A stretch of DNA of 64,000 bases from assembly GCA_027022365.1 (NCBI GenBank), contig JALVYU010000026.1, positions 448,001-512,000 on the forward strand. Direction: 5' to 3'. This document shows positions 8,051-18,245 of this stretch, in pieces. Under the pieces are notes generated by a model that saw only the letters and a program-made list of their open reading frames with translations, ran no database searches and was not told the origin of the DNA. Every line of letters starts with the position of its first letter. Within the stretch, counting starts at the first letter, position 1. Position numbers and translations under genes: made by a program. The DNA is from Desulfurococcales archaeon (GTDB lineage: Archaea > Thermoproteota > Thermoprotei_A > Sulfolobales > Desulfurococcaceae).

Positions 8051-10627
8051 CTATTTGAAAAAGGATAGTGGGCTGAGCTTCATAACACCTATGATGTCCT
8101 CCCAACTAACACCTAGGGCTCCTAGAAGCTGGCTTAGAGCACCGTTAATAATTTCTATGTATTTATCTGGATCGATCTCGTAGAGTCGGGTGAGTTGAAC
8201 AGCTTTATATCCATCCCTAGACTTTACCTTGACAAAGATTATTAGGTCGCCGGGAGCCACATTTATTCCATGGCGTTTCAATTGTAGTGCGGCCTTAACA
8301 TGTGGGGGTTTATTCTTAGTATAGTTCTCTACGGGCTTTGTTAATCCTACCTTGAATGCAAGCTCGTTTAGCATGACTTCTTTATTTCGGAGTTTTCTAT
8401 AGAGTGTTTTCACTTGGTTTTCAAGCCATTCTTTTAACTCGACAAAATCCTCAGGGTCTTCTGCCTGTTTTAGCCTTTCAGTTAATTCTATGAATAGTTT
8501 CTTAAGGAATTCCGGTGTGTTTCTCTTTTTAGCCACCATCCCCTTGATCTCTATGCCTCCTTCAACGTATCTACCGATGTAGTTCTTCTTAAGACCCGAG
8601 AAAAGAGCGTATTTAAAGGTCTTATCCACATCTATTTCCAGACCTAGGTTCCTTGAGACCCACTCCTGTAGTTTAGCCAACTGCTCAGGAGTAGGATCCC
8701 ATAGGAATATAGAGTCTGTGTCGCCGTATAGGACCTTGACACCTATTTCGGCCGCCTTCCTTAATATGGCGTATAGGGATCTCCTACCTAATGCTGTAAC
8801 GCTCTCAGCCATTGATGGAGAGTAGAGAGGAAATGTTGATGCCCCAAATACGCCGTAGCTAGCATTTATGAATACTTTCATAGCCCGTTGAACTACGTCG
8901 TACCAGGTCCTTTGGTCCTCTGGTATGTCCTTACTTTTAGCTCTCTTTTTGTAGAGTCCTACACGGAAATCTCTCAGCAGGCCGGTTATCTGTGCAGTTA
9001 GGCCTGGACGACTTATGCAGACGAAGTGTATCTTCTTCCCCGTCTCATCTATAACGGGGATTCTCTGGTTTTCGGGACATTTTTCGTAATCCACGGTCTC
9101 GTAGCTCAGATTATATCTCTTTATTATGCTGGGATACAGCGATGCAACGTCAAGAACAGTTATATTGAAGAAGACTCCCTTCGGAGGCTCTATAACTAGC
9201 GCTCCAGCATATTTTTTGCCCTCGATTGTTGCTTGTGTTGTGCTTGATTTGCTATGTTTCTTTATGTCTTCCGGCTCCGGTATGAGATAGCCTAGTCTTC
9301 GATGCTCCCAGTAGAACTGGTTTTGGATCCATCTGGATATACTCTTTCGACATATATCTTCTATACTGGTCTTAGCAATACGAGCTAATAGGATCATGAG
9401 CCTCCATACAAGTTCTTTATTGAACAGTGTTAGTTGCAGCGTTATTAGGGCGTCTCTAAAGTTGTATGCTATTAGCCTGCCATAGGGGAGTTCTCCTATG
9501 TTTCCTTCGACCTCGAGCTTTGATATTCCCAGTAGTGCCGAGGCTATAGTGTCAAGGTTCTCCTCCTGGTATTTTCCACCGAATGCATAGGATTTAATTG
9601 AACGGTTCTTGAAGAATTTATATAGGTCTAAATGTATTGAAGATTCAATCTTTATCATGTCCTCATGAAATCTAAAAGGTAATAGTTCCTTCGGTATTCC
9701 GATCCTCAGGGCTCTATGATATAAGTAGTTTAGGTCGAAGTTATCGCCGTTAAATGTTATTATGATTGGATATGACGCGAGAACGCGGATTGCCTCCATT
9801 ATAAGAGCTTCTTCGCTATCATAGAACTCTATTGTAGCGTCCATGGGATATTCTTCAGGGATTTCTCCCCAGTGATGTTCTCGAGCAAGAAGTAGTACTC
9901 GTTTGTATCCATCGTTCCCGACAAAAGCAATACTAGTCACGGGATACTCTGCTGCGACGGGATGTGGCACTCTTCCCCTAAACGGGGTGTATACCTCGAT
10001 GTCTACAGCAACTCTTCTCGCTTTTGGCGGTTTTTCCTCGAATAATGGTAGCCATTGAAGGGCTAGCTTTCTTGTTTCTTCATCCTCTCCTCTGAATATG
10101 TTTTTAACAGTATTCACGACTTCTTGTGGTATTATTGGTTTGATTAAGTGGAATGGGTTTTTGGTATTAGTAGAGTTGACGCGATATCTCATGCCGGGGA
10201 TTAGTTGGTAGTCAAATACATAGTTCTCGTGATATTTGATATGTGCCTCCCATGCTCGGGGCACTTTTCCTCTAAGCTTAGCAACACTAAGTGGATCTTT
10301 AGTTATTATCTTTGTTAATTGTACTTCTTCATTAGTTAATGGATTTATCTTAGTTATGGTCTCAATAGAATCGAAACCAGGATGATTAATAATTTCTTTT
10401 ATTTTACTCACTTCGTTAGGAGGTAGATCTGTGAGAAAGTATGGTTTATGCCCTGCAGGATCGGGTAAATATATGAGTTTTCCTCCATCAAGACTAATGA
10501 ACTCAAGAACAGCTTTTCCTAGTTCACCGTCGTAAAACACGCCTAATAAATAGGCTTGTTCATCAAGCTTTTTAACCCTCCTATCCGGAACAAGTCGATA
10601 AACATCCTTTATTTTATCGATTTTCAA
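8051..10627 (-). CDS. polB1: Family B DNA polymerase (crenarchaeal PolB1)
   Basis: Exonuclease DIE and FNGDNFD; polymerase D.ASLYPSII, K...NASYG, YGDTDS, KKNY motifs; no intein. Confidence 0.95.
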   Translation of the reverse strand: MKIDKIKDVYRLVPDRRVKKLDEQAYLLGVFYDGELGKAVLEFISLDGGKLIYLPDPAGHKPYFLTDLPPNEVSKIKEIINHPGFDSIETITKINPLTNEEVQLTKIITKDPLSVAKLRGKVPRAWEAHIKYHENYVFDYQLIPGMRYRVNSTNTKNPFHLIKPIIPQEVVNTVKNIFRGEDEETRKLALQWLPLFEEKPPKARRVAVDIEVYTPFRGRVPHPVAAEYPVTSIAFVGNDGYKRVLLLAREHHWGEIPEEYPMDATIEFYDSEEALIMEAIRVLASYPIIITFNGDNFDLNYLYHRALRIGIPKELLPFRFHEDMIKIESSIHLDLYKFFKNRSIKSYAFGGKYQEENLDTIASALLGISKLEVEGNIGELPYGRLIAYNFRDALITLQLTLFNKELVWRLMILLARIAKTSIEDICRKSISRWIQNQFYWEHRRLGYLIPEPEDIKKHSKSSTTQATIEGKKYAGALVIEPPKGVFFNITVLDVASLYPSIIKRYNLSYETVDYEKCPENQRIPVIDETGKKIHFVCISRPGLTAQITGLLRDFRVGLYKKRAKSKDIPEDQRTWYDVVQRAMKVFINASYGVFGASTFPLYSPSMAESVTALGRRSLYAILRKAAEIGVKVLYGDTDSIFLWDPTPEQLAKLQEWVSRNLGLEIDVDKTFKYALFSGLKKNYIGRYVEGGIEIKGMVAKKRNTPEFLKKLFIELTERLKQAEDPEDFVELKEWLENQVKTLYRKLRNKEVMLNELAFKVGLTKPVENYTKNKPPHVKAALQLKRHGINVAPGDLIIFVKVKSRDGYKAVQLTRLYEIDPDKYIEIINGALSQLLGALGVSWEDIIGVMKLSPLSFFK

Positions 10628-10634
10628 TGATTAT

Positions 10635-11000
10635 TTACCCCATACTCTTTAGTTTCAATAATGCTTCAGCTATATCACCTTTTGCCTCAATGAGCGCTTT
10701 CTTTGCTTCTTCTTTGGAAACACCTGTTTGTGAGACAATGAATTCTACATCTTCATCGCTGATTTCGATCTCTACTTCTTCCTCTAGTGACTCTTCGTGT
10801 AGGCTACCGCCTGTTATCTGAAATATATTGGTGCCTCTAGCAAACATTTGGATGACTTGGGGCGAGTCTATTACTATCTTTTTCGTTGAGAGTATTATTT
10901 CAACTCTTTTTACATCTTCGAGTTCTCGTAGTTCTATCCCCATTCTTTTTAAAGCCCGTCTTAGTTCTCTTGGACTCATTCCCGGTAGCATCTTACACAC
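10635..11000 (-). CDS. nac: Nascent polypeptide-associated complex protein
   Basis: NAC domain plus C-terminal UBA-like (EDVEFIVSQTGVS.EEAKKAL...GDIAEA). Confidence 0.93.
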   Translation of the reverse strand: MCKMLPGMSPRELRRALKRMGIELRELEDVKRVEIILSTKKIVIDSPQVIQMFARGTNIFQITGGSLHEESLEEEVEIEISDEDVEFIVSQTGVSKEEAKKALIEAKGDIAEALLKLKSMG

Positions 11001-11130
11001 CTATTTCTTTTATCCTTCTCTATTCTAATAACTAGCTGGTCTTAAAGGATATTATCCATAATTAAGGAATGCATGCGAAGATACTATTAATAGTGGGATA
11101 GTTTGTAGTCTGTTACGATGGTGTTAAATC

Positions 11131-12408
11131 ATGGCAAAAATAAAGATTCTCGGTGGAGGCGGCGAAGTCGGGAGGGCCGCTTACTTGGTTAGTGATCGGG
11201 GCCAGAATATCCTTCTTGATTATGGAGTTAATTTCGACGAGAACGACAGGCCGCAGTTCCCGGGACATGTGAGACCTATAGATCTAACAGGTATTGTTAT
11301 CACACATGCTCATCTAGATCACATAGGGGCAGCCCCCATCCTCTATATTACTGGTCATCCACCAATAGTTATGACGAAACCAACCCTTGATATTGGTCGT
11401 TTACTTATCAGAGATTTTCTCAAGATAAACGCGTTCTACATAGATTATGATCTTGAGGAAGTCGAAAATATGAGTACAAAAACAATTGCTGTAGAATATG
11501 GTCAGGAGATAGAGCTTGGTGGGTTCAGAGTTCTACTAACGAGTGCGGGACACATACTTGGGAGTTCCATGGTGTATCTGGAGACCCCTTCGGGGCATAG
11601 AATCCTTTACACTGGTGATATCAATACTATTCAGACATGGACTTTGTCAAAAGCGGAATTATGGCCAATAAAGATAGATACTCTGATCATTGAGTCGACT
11701 TATGGTAGCACTAAGCACCCTCCTCGTCATGAAACCGAGCATCGTTTGGCTGGTGTTATAGAAGAGGTGCTGGATTCCGGTGGAACTGTCTTAATACCGG
11801 CATTTAGTGTTGGGAGAACACAGGAAGTCATGTGTCTTGTCCATGCAGAGGTTCCTGGGGCAGATATCTTCATAGATGGGATGAGTAGAGAGATCACTAG
11901 TATTTACTTAAGACATAAGACATATCTTCGCGACCCGGGTCTCTTCGAAAAAGTCGTTGAACATGTGAAGTTTGTCAGAGGATGGCAGGATAGGCGAAAG
12001 ATCTGGCGTAGACCAGCAGTGATTATTTCTTCTGCTGGAATGCTGAAGGGAGGCCCTAGTGTTTATTACTTGAAGAAAATCGGTGATAACCCGAGTAATG
12101 CCGTATATTTAGTTAGCTACCAGGCCGTAGATAGTCCAGGCCATAAGCTTCTGGAGACGGGAGGCATAGACGAGTTCGGGATCGATAGGGTTAATGCCCG
12201 TGTAGAATGGTTCGACTTGTCTAGTCATGCTGGTAAGGACGGCTTGTTGGATGTTGTGAAACGATATAAGAATGTTGTCCAAAACATCATCATCGTTCAT
12301 GGGGAACCTGATTCATCGAGTAATCTCGAGAGAATAATTCGTGAAGAAATAGGTGAAGATATTAGCGTATTTAGGCCGCTGAATGGCGACGAGATAGTTC
12401 TCGATTAA
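11131..12408 (+). CDS. beta-CASP metallo-beta-lactamase ribonuclease (aCPSF2-like, no KH domains)
   Basis: LGGGGEVGR, HAHLDHIG, AGHILGS, ESTYG, FSVGRTQE, SSHAG, VHGE. Confidence 0.9.
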   Translation: MAKIKILGGGGEVGRAAYLVSDRGQNILLDYGVNFDENDRPQFPGHVRPIDLTGIVITHAHLDHIGAAPILYITGHPPIVMTKPTLDIGRLLIRDFLKINAFYIDYDLEEVENMSTKTIAVEYGQEIELGGFRVLLTSAGHILGSSMVYLETPSGHRILYTGDINTIQTWTLSKAELWPIKIDTLIIESTYGSTKHPPRHETEHRLAGVIEEVLDSGGTVLIPAFSVGRTQEVMCLVHAEVPGADIFIDGMSREITSIYLRHKTYLRDPGLFEKVVEHVKFVRGWQDRRKIWRRPAVIISSAGMLKGGPSVYYLKKIGDNPSNAVYLVSYQAVDSPGHKLLETGGIDEFGIDRVNARVEWFDLSSHAGKDGLLDVVKRYKNVVQNIIIVHGEPDSSSNLERIIREEIGEDISVFRPLNGDEIVLD

Positions 12409-12417
12409 AAACATTGA

Positions 12418-12627
12418 TTAGAACTCAACTACTTCAGGGCAGTTCAGTTCTCCCAGCACCTTGTCGACTTCACTGATAGGTATAACTAGGGTAACGAGCT
12501 TGCGTTTCGTGCGCACCTTGATCTTGGCTTTTCCGCTTTTCTCATCCCTTACAACCCTGCATTCTATAGCTTGCGGAATGTATTGTTTGAGCTCATCGAC
12601 ACTGCTTACCTGTATAGGAGCCAACAC
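12418..12627 (-). CDS. rpl38e: 50S ribosomal protein L38e
   Basis: AIECRV......KIKVRTKRKL.TL pattern, 69 aa, GGAGGT SD. Confidence 0.8.
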   Translation of the reverse strand: MLAPIQVSSVDELKQYIPQAIECRVVRDEKSGKAKIKVRTKRKLVTLVIPISEVDKVLGELNCPEVVEF

Positions 12628-12694
12628 TATTTACCTCCAGCATCATTTGCTGTTCTTGCTACGAGAACTTCACGTTTACGATGATTTAAAAAGG

Positions 12695-12796
12695 TGGCGC
12701 CGGGGCGGGGATTCGAACCCCGGACCACCGGGTCTCTGCCAGGCTTCGAACCCGTGGTTAACAGCCCGGCGCTCTACCTGGCTGAGCTACCCCGGC
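12695..12796 (-). tRNA. tRNA-Asn(GTT) with 25-nt intron at 37/38 (intron 12734-12758)
   Basis: GCCGGGGTAGCTCAG..., anticodon arm CCGGG-CT-GTT-A|intron|A-CCCGG, GGTTCGAATCC, encoded CCA. Confidence 0.95.
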
Positions 12797-12893
12797 TCCG
12801 GCTATTTGATAATACTGTGTTGGGTTTTATTGTTTTCGGGAGATTCTGAAATATTTTCGTCGACCCCTCTACCATAAATATGCTATCAGGTTA

Positions 12894-13169
12894 GTGGGTG
12901 GGCTAGTATTGGCTCGATACACTGTCAATGTAACCATAGATTTGAGGCTACTAGCAATTAAGCTAAGGGAGAGCGGTAAAAGATTTGTCAAAGTCCATGA
13001 GATAGCATATGATCTGGCCGTCTCACCAAGGACTGCTGGAAAGATTCTCAACAGTATGGCGAGGCTAGGCTATCTTATCAAATGGAGTGATAGTGTGTAT
13101 ATGGTAGTCTATGAAAAACCGAGGAGAAATATTGGTATCTCCGACGACGTTATCGCTAGAAACCTATGA
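12894..13169 (+). CDS. Small winged helix-turn-helix protein
   Basis: [17 protein letters not shown]...G then beta-hairpin; start uncertain. Confidence 0.6.
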   Translation: MGGLVLARYTVNVTIDLRLLAIKLRESGKRFVKVHEIAYDLAVSPRTAGKILNSMARLGYLIKWSDSVYMVVYEKPRRNIGISDDVIARNL

Positions 13170-15375
13170 AGTCCTCCGGCTTCGGCGGCTCTGGCTTCAG
13201 GCCTTTACGCTCTCTGATCTTTCTCACTATATCCATCAACATGCTGTCAGGTACAGGCGCCCATCTACTGAACTCTTGTCCCCAGATAGCCTTGCCAGCA
13301 GTTGCTCCTCTCAGTTGTTCGGCTAAATCAAATGTCTCAGCGACGGGGATTTCCGCCAAGATCCTTGCGACTGGTCCCTGCTGGGAGACCTGCAATATTT
13401 TACCTCTCTTTTTCGTTATTATCGTTGTTATGTTGCCTAGGTACTCTATAGGCGCCTTTATATCGAGCTTCTGTATAGGCTCTAGTAGTGTGGGCTTAGC
13501 GGTTAACATGCCAGCGTAGATGGCGTTTCTTATTGCGGGATAGATCTGTCCTGGGCCACGGTGTGCGGGGTCTTCATGTACTACTGCATCGTGGAGCTTG
13601 ACCTTGACTCCTCTTACAGGCTCCATTGCTAGCGGTCCTTCACGCATGGCTAGTCTGAAGCCCTGTATGATAGTGTCTTTGACCTCGCGTAGGTGTTGTA
13701 CGCCCGAGGTTAGGTCTATGAATACATTGATTGTCTCGTCAATGGCCCATATCCTTCTTGCTTCATCAGCGGGCCATCCTGCCTGTTCACGCAATATCTT
13801 GGCACGCTCTTTTGCATCCATATCTTCGGTTATTATGCCATCGTGAATTAGCTGTATAGTCTTCTCGTCGAGAGGCTCGACGCTTATGTAGAACTTGTTG
13901 TGCTTGTTGGGTGATTTGCCTTCAAATATCTTGCTGGCGGCTCTTATGCTCTCACGGTATACGATTACTGGTGGTGAAGCAACTACTTCTAACCCGTAGT
14001 TCTCCTTCAGGAATGTCAGCGCTATTTCGATATGGAGGGGACCCATACCGCTTAATAGATATTCCCCTGTCTCCTCGTTGATCCTTACGACCAGGCTTGG
14101 ATCCTCAATGCTTAGCTTATGGAGAGCCTCTATTAGTTTTGGCAGGTCGCGTGGGTTCTTTGGCTCTATAGCTACGGTTACCACGGGCTCACTGATAGTT
14201 CTTAATTTTTCGAACGGCACCATTACGTCCTGATACTTTATATCTACAACGGTCTCTCCCGCTCTGGCTTTATCTAATCCTAATACGGCAGCAATGTTTC
14301 CTGCAACTATTTCGTCGGCTATTTCTCTGTATGGACCCATGTAGAGGCTTACCTGCAGGATCTTCTGTTTAGTCCGTGCGTTGACAAGCCATACTTCTTC
14401 GCCGGGGCGTAGTGTTCCTGAGAATACTCGTCCTGTTCCTACGAGTCCTGCGTGGGGATCTATGCGCATGTCATTAATAAGCATTACAACGGGCCCGTTA
14501 GGATCTGCTTCGAGCATTGCTTTTCCAATCTCGCTATTGAGGTCTCCATGCCAGATCTTCGGGATCCTGTATTTCTGGGCTTCTCTCGGGTTTGGTATGA
14601 ATTTCACAACCATATCCAGTATTGCTTCATGTAATGGTGCGAGTTTCTGTAGCTCTGGAAGGGCGTCTTTACCCTTCTTGTAGAGATCTATTATGTCGCT
14701 AAACTTAATTCCACGCTGCTTGGCCATTGGGACTGTGAAGCCCCACCTGTCACGTGCGGAGCCAAAAGCAACATGTCCTTTTGCAGGATCTAATTGCCAC
14801 TTAGCCTTGAACTCCGGGTCGGCGTACATTGATATTAGCTGGTTAACTTCTTTTATTATTTGTATGAATCTTTGTTGTATCTCTTGAGGACTTAGCCTGA
14901 GCTCCTTGATCAGCCTGTCTACCTTGTTGATAAATAGCACTGGTCGTACACGTTCTTCGAGAGCCATTCGTAGGTACATCTCTGTCTGGGTCATTACGCC
15001 CTCAACAGCATCAACAACTAGAATAGCACCATCTAGTACCCTTAGGCTTCTGGTAGTCTTGGCCGAGAAGTCCACGTGGCCTGGAGTGTCTATCAGGTTA
15101 ATAACATATGGTTTTCCTCGGTACTCGTGATATAGGCTCACGTTTGCTGACTTTACAGTGATCCCTCTCTTCTGCTCTACATCTAGGTAGTCAAGCGCTA
15201 GAGCTTGTCCTGCGATCTTCTCTGAGATTATTCCTGCCGCTGCTAGTAGCGAGTCTGATAATGTGGTCTTACCGTGGTCGACGTGAGCGGTTATACCAAT
15301 GTTTCTTACTTGTTCAAGATTTTTCATTATCCTGAGTATTTCAGCTACTTGTTTGTATCTAGGCATACCCATCAA
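13156..15375 (-). CDS. fusA: Translation elongation factor 2
   Basis: [22 protein letters not shown]; diphthamide loop HEDPAHRG. Confidence 0.98.
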   Translation of the reverse strand: MMGMPRYKQVAEILRIMKNLEQVRNIGITAHVDHGKTTLSDSLLAAAGIISEKIAGQALALDYLDVEQKRGITVKSANVSLYHEYRGKPYVINLIDTPGHVDFSAKTTRSLRVLDGAILVVDAVEGVMTQTEMYLRMALEERVRPVLFINKVDRLIKELRLSPQEIQQRFIQIIKEVNQLISMYADPEFKAKWQLDPAKGHVAFGSARDRWGFTVPMAKQRGIKFSDIIDLYKKGKDALPELQKLAPLHEAILDMVVKFIPNPREAQKYRIPKIWHGDLNSEIGKAMLEADPNGPVVMLINDMRIDPHAGLVGTGRVFSGTLRPGEEVWLVNARTKQKILQVSLYMGPYREIADEIVAGNIAAVLGLDKARAGETVVDIKYQDVMVPFEKLRTISEPVVTVAIEPKNPRDLPKLIEALHKLSIEDPSLVVRINEETGEYLLSGMGPLHIEIALTFLKENYGLEVVASPPVIVYRESIRAASKIFEGKSPNKHNKFYISVEPLDEKTIQLIHDGIITEDMDAKERAKILREQAGWPADEARRIWAIDETINVFIDLTSGVQHLREVKDTIIQGFRLAMREGPLAMEPVRGVKVKLHDAVVHEDPAHRGPGQIYPAIRNAIYAGMLTAKPTLLEPIQKLDIKAPIEYLGNITTIITKKRGKILQVSQQGPVARILAEIPVAETFDLAEQLRGATAGKAIWGQEFSRWAPVPDSMLMDIVRKIRERKGLKPEPPKPEDFIGF

Positions 15376-15430
15376 CCTTGCACTTGGCCTGTTAAATATA
15401 CTTCATTGGGTTGAAAATGTTGGTAACGGA

Positions 15431-16513
15431 TTATAAAGCTTGTTTGCTTATTCGTAATATCTTTTTCTCTAAAATCCTATGTATTATGGTGACTACATAT
15501 GTGAAATCATACTTAGCCGCTCCTTCGGCAACAGCTGCTGTGTCATGTCCTCCCCCTACACCACCGAGAAGCTCTCCTAAGTGAGGCATTAGATCTCTTC
15601 CTAGACTAATCCCTGTGCTTTTCACGAATGATTGTTTTGCCCTACCAACTACCCTAAGGTTCTTCTTCCGTTTTGATATAATAAACGCTGCATCCGCTCC
15701 TAAATCTAGAATAGCACGTGCACAACTCGACTCATATGCACTTACATGACTATATCCTATGATCCAATCCCCAATTCTTCTGATTACTAACCTTTGGGCC
15801 GCTTTCAGTCTCGCCATTCGCTCGGCAAAAGGCATTTCATGCTGGAGAACCGATTGTGCTTTTGGATAGTCTGCGTTAAAAATCGAAATTAGATTATATA
15901 CTGTTGCGAAAGTCTCTCTTGTCGCATAGAAAAATCGTCGCGTATCATAAAGTATTCCTGCCAAAAGCAGGGTTGCTGTCTCCTTACACAGGCTTAGTCC
16001 CGACGACAGTATTATCTTGGCTACTATTTCTGATGTGCTGCGAGCACTTTGATCGGTTATTGAAATAGATGCGTTTCTGCATAGTTTGCCTGGACGATGA
16101 TGATCTATTAATATATATGGTTTTGTAGCGATAGAATGTGCTAATTCACCTAGTTGTTCCGGATTATTTGTGTCGACTATAATGAACACATCAATATTTA
16201 TGGGAGGTTTTTCGCCCTTCTTAAGATCGAGAATATGACGTTTATACATCTCAATAAAGTTAAGTTCTTGTAAAATGTACTTTGAGATTTCGTTCATCCC
16301 CTCGGGCAGAACTATATATGTATTTATCTTCATTTTGGATAATAATTCGTGTAGAGCGATTGCGGAAGCAATTGCATCGGGATCAGCGTTTCGATGGACT
16401 AATATAAATATATTTTTCCCAACAAACTCTGTGAAGAGTTTTTCAAGAAGTTTTTCTATATTTTTGGAGTTCCTGTTCCAATATTTTTCTAGCCACATTA
16501 ACTGCATCCCCAA
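15431..16513 (-). CDS. DHH/DHHA1 family phosphoesterase
   Basis: H.NADPD, VDT, IDHH, GILYDT, GGGH motifs. Confidence 0.88.
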   Translation of the reverse strand: MGMQLMWLEKYWNRNSKNIEKLLEKLFTEFVGKNIFILVHRNADPDAIASAIALHELLSKMKINTYIVLPEGMNEISKYILQELNFIEMYKRHILDLKKGEKPPINIDVFIIVDTNNPEQLGELAHSIATKPYILIDHHRPGKLCRNASISITDQSARSTSEIVAKIILSSGLSLCKETATLLLAGILYDTRRFFYATRETFATVYNLISIFNADYPKAQSVLQHEMPFAERMARLKAAQRLVIRRIGDWIIGYSHVSAYESSCARAILDLGADAAFIISKRKKNLRVVGRAKQSFVKSTGISLGRDLMPHLGELLGGVGGGHDTAAVAEGAAKYDFTYVVTIIHRILEKKILRISKQAL

Positions 16514-16757
16514 CTATAGCGTCGTAATCTATTATTCCAGCGAATTCTCCGTTCAAAATAATGTCTATACTGAAATTGATTCTTTTTCCATCATTTTCCA
16601 GAAGTATTATAACATCATAATCTGTTTTTGGGGGCACTTGTTTTTCAATAAAAGATTTTACTTCTTTCTCGATCTTTTCAGCAATAGATGATAGAATATC
16701 TTGATCGATAAGGTCTAGGTTAAGACCTATGGTTTTCTCCTTTTTACTGACCAACAC
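16443..16757 (-). CDS. Conserved hypothetical protein (DUF3194-like)
   Basis: Acidic 104 aa ORF in the conserved slot between prefoldin beta and DHH gene. Confidence 0.55.
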   Translation of the reverse strand: MLVSKKEKTIGLNLDLIDQDILSSIAEKIEKEVKSFIEKQVPPKTDYDVIILLENDGKRINFSIDIILNGEFAGIIDYDAIVGDAVNVARKILEQELQKYRKTS

Positions 16758-17112
16758 TCATCCCATATTTAGATAGCAGTTCTTTTAGCTTTGATTCAGT
16801 ATCACTTATTTGTTTCGCTAGGATATCCAATTGGTTCTTATATTTTGTTTTCTTTATTTCTAGAAGCTCTTTCTTTTCTTCAAGCTCTTTCATTATATCT
16901 TCTTTCTTTTTCTTGACCATTACATGGCCTACTAGTTTGTATATTTCTGCGTCCTCGGGTAGATCCTTAATGTTGCTGAGTATTTGCTCTATCTCCGCTA
17001 GTTCGCTCTCAACTATTTTTAGTTCCGCTTCAAGTTTTGCATATGTTTCTCTGAGTGTTTGATAACTAATCAGGGTCTGTTGGACCTCGGGTGGGAGTTT
17101 TTGTTGGCTCAT
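16744..17112 (-). CDS. pfdB: Prefoldin subunit beta
   Basis: LPPEVQ, coiled coil, IYKLVG.VMV hairpin; exosome operon context. Confidence 0.92.
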   Translation of the reverse strand: MSQQKLPPEVQQTLISYQTLRETYAKLEAELKIVESELAEIEQILSNIKDLPEDAEIYKLVGHVMVKKKKEDIMKELEEKKELLEIKKTKYKNQLDILAKQISDTESKLKELLSKYGMSVGQ

Positions 17113-17356
17113 TTTCTAGCACCTCTAAGCAATGGAGAAGCATTGATATAACGTTAAGGTAGCTATTCAGTAGCGCTCTTAAAAGGTTTATTCGTCTGCA
17201 TGAGATAATAATTCTTATTCTGTTCTTATTATTCAGTATAATCCTACATTCTCTAGGTACATCGTGTGTGTCAGGAAATATTGAGCTAATTAGGGATTTA
17301 ACAAATAAGGGCTCACTTACAGTTATCTTCAGTCCAACCTCATATTCTCCTGTCAA
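17066..17356 (-). CDS. pcc1: KEOPS complex Pcc1-like subunit
   Basis: S..PD and LRA.LNSYL motifs; between Brix and prefoldin. Confidence 0.75.
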   Translation of the reverse strand: MTGEYEVGLKITVSEPLFVKSLISSIFPDTHDVPRECRIILNNKNRIRIIISCRRINLLRALLNSYLNVISMLLHCLEVLENEPTKTPTRGPTDPD

Positions 17357-17888
17357 CCTTTTTTACCTTCGATACTTTTATAACGGGCCCGCATACCTTT
17401 TTGTAAGCATTAACAAATTCGATTATCGTAAGGTTTGTAGTATCTTTCAACACGATCTCTATATCATAGTCATCATTATCTATGCAGTTGAATAATAATT
17501 CGGTAAATATGTCTGCTAGGCTGAAGCAACGCTCACTTCCGCAGAGATCATAGCTCACCCTATATTTTTCGGCTCCATAAGTTTTAATGGCATTAGGATT
17601 TTCTCTTGAGAGGGCCACTCCTTTGAGCATAATAGAATACTTATGTATTAGTGTGGGATATTTTGTTGTACTATCAATATAGAAGATCTTAATTAATGAG
17701 GGATTACCGTGTTTTTCGCTAATGACTAATATGTGTTTAGCCTTTAGTCCATATCCTATTACTGAGAGATCTTTAAGTGTTTTCTTACCTCGGGTAACAA
17801 CTTTTGCTCCTGGCAGGATGCTGGCAAGATCCTTGGCAAAGCTTCTGGTACGTTGGCTCGGTTTATGTGATGTCGTTACTATGATCAA
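17340..17888 (-). CDS. Brix/Imp4 domain ribosome biogenesis protein
   Basis: TTSHKPS.RTRSF.KDL, RGK, E..GNPS, GP.I. Confidence 0.9.
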   Translation of the reverse strand: MIIVTTSHKPSQRTRSFAKDLASILPGAKVVTRGKKTLKDLSVIGYGLKAKHILVISEKHGNPSLIKIFYIDSTTKYPTLIHKYSIMLKGVALSRENPNAIKTYGAEKYRVSYDLCGSERCFSLADIFTELLFNCIDNDDYDIEIVLKDTTNLTIIEFVNAYKKVCGPVIKVSKVKKVDRRI

Positions 17889-17961
17889 TTAGCATCACTT
17901 GGCTTTTCCCTAGAAAACAAAGATGGCACAGATATGCAAATATTATAGGGAAACAGTATTG

Positions 17962-18234
17962 TTACTCCCTTATAATATATTTGGGGAAGTATTTGCTTAG
18001 CTCGGTTCTCGGCACATATGCTCCTCCTGCCCATTTTGCACCGCATTTCTTGCATGTCCATATTCCTACGCTAATCCTGTAGACCTTGCCTCTTGAGCCA
18101 CAGAAGGGACATATATGGTCTGCATATCTTCTCGCTAATATATCTCTGACTTTCTTTCTTAGTGTGGAACCATATCTTGCACCATATCTACCAGCTATGC
18201 CGACCACACGTGTTCTTTTCGCCACTGGCACCAC
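17962..18234 (-). CDS. rpl37ae: 50S ribosomal protein L37ae
   Basis: GRYGARYG..LRK, CPFC, GIW.C.KC...AGGAY.P. Confidence 0.97.
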   Translation of the reverse strand: MVPVAKRTRVVGIAGRYGARYGSTLRKKVRDILARRYADHICPFCGSRGKVYRISVGIWTCKKCGAKWAGGAYVPRTELSKYFPKYIIRE

Positions 18235-18245
18235 CTATTCTGCAT

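Noticed and set aside
8051-10627. Possible inteins in PolB1 (also checked aIF5B and RpoA'/A'')
   Set aside because: Lengths are normal and conserved motifs are contiguous; no C/S...HN splice signatures seen.
12628-12690. GTGAAG...ATGATG elements and a small hairpin upstream of rpl38e as a possible C/D sRNA
   Set aside because: No properly placed D or D' boxes; more likely a promoter and 5' leader.
12461-12877. 138-aa ORF spanning tRNA-Asn (WRRGGDSNPGPP), superficially like an integrase att peptide
   Set aside because: Antisense to both L38e and the tRNA, no SD or promoter, no HTH or recombinase features, and core genes on both sides.
13166-15130. Multiple long antisense ORFs over EF-2 (likewise over tuf, rpoA/B, infB, glmU and rps6e)
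   Set aside because: Shadow ORFs from codon bias in highly expressed genes; Ser/Ile/Thr-rich with no recognisable motifs.
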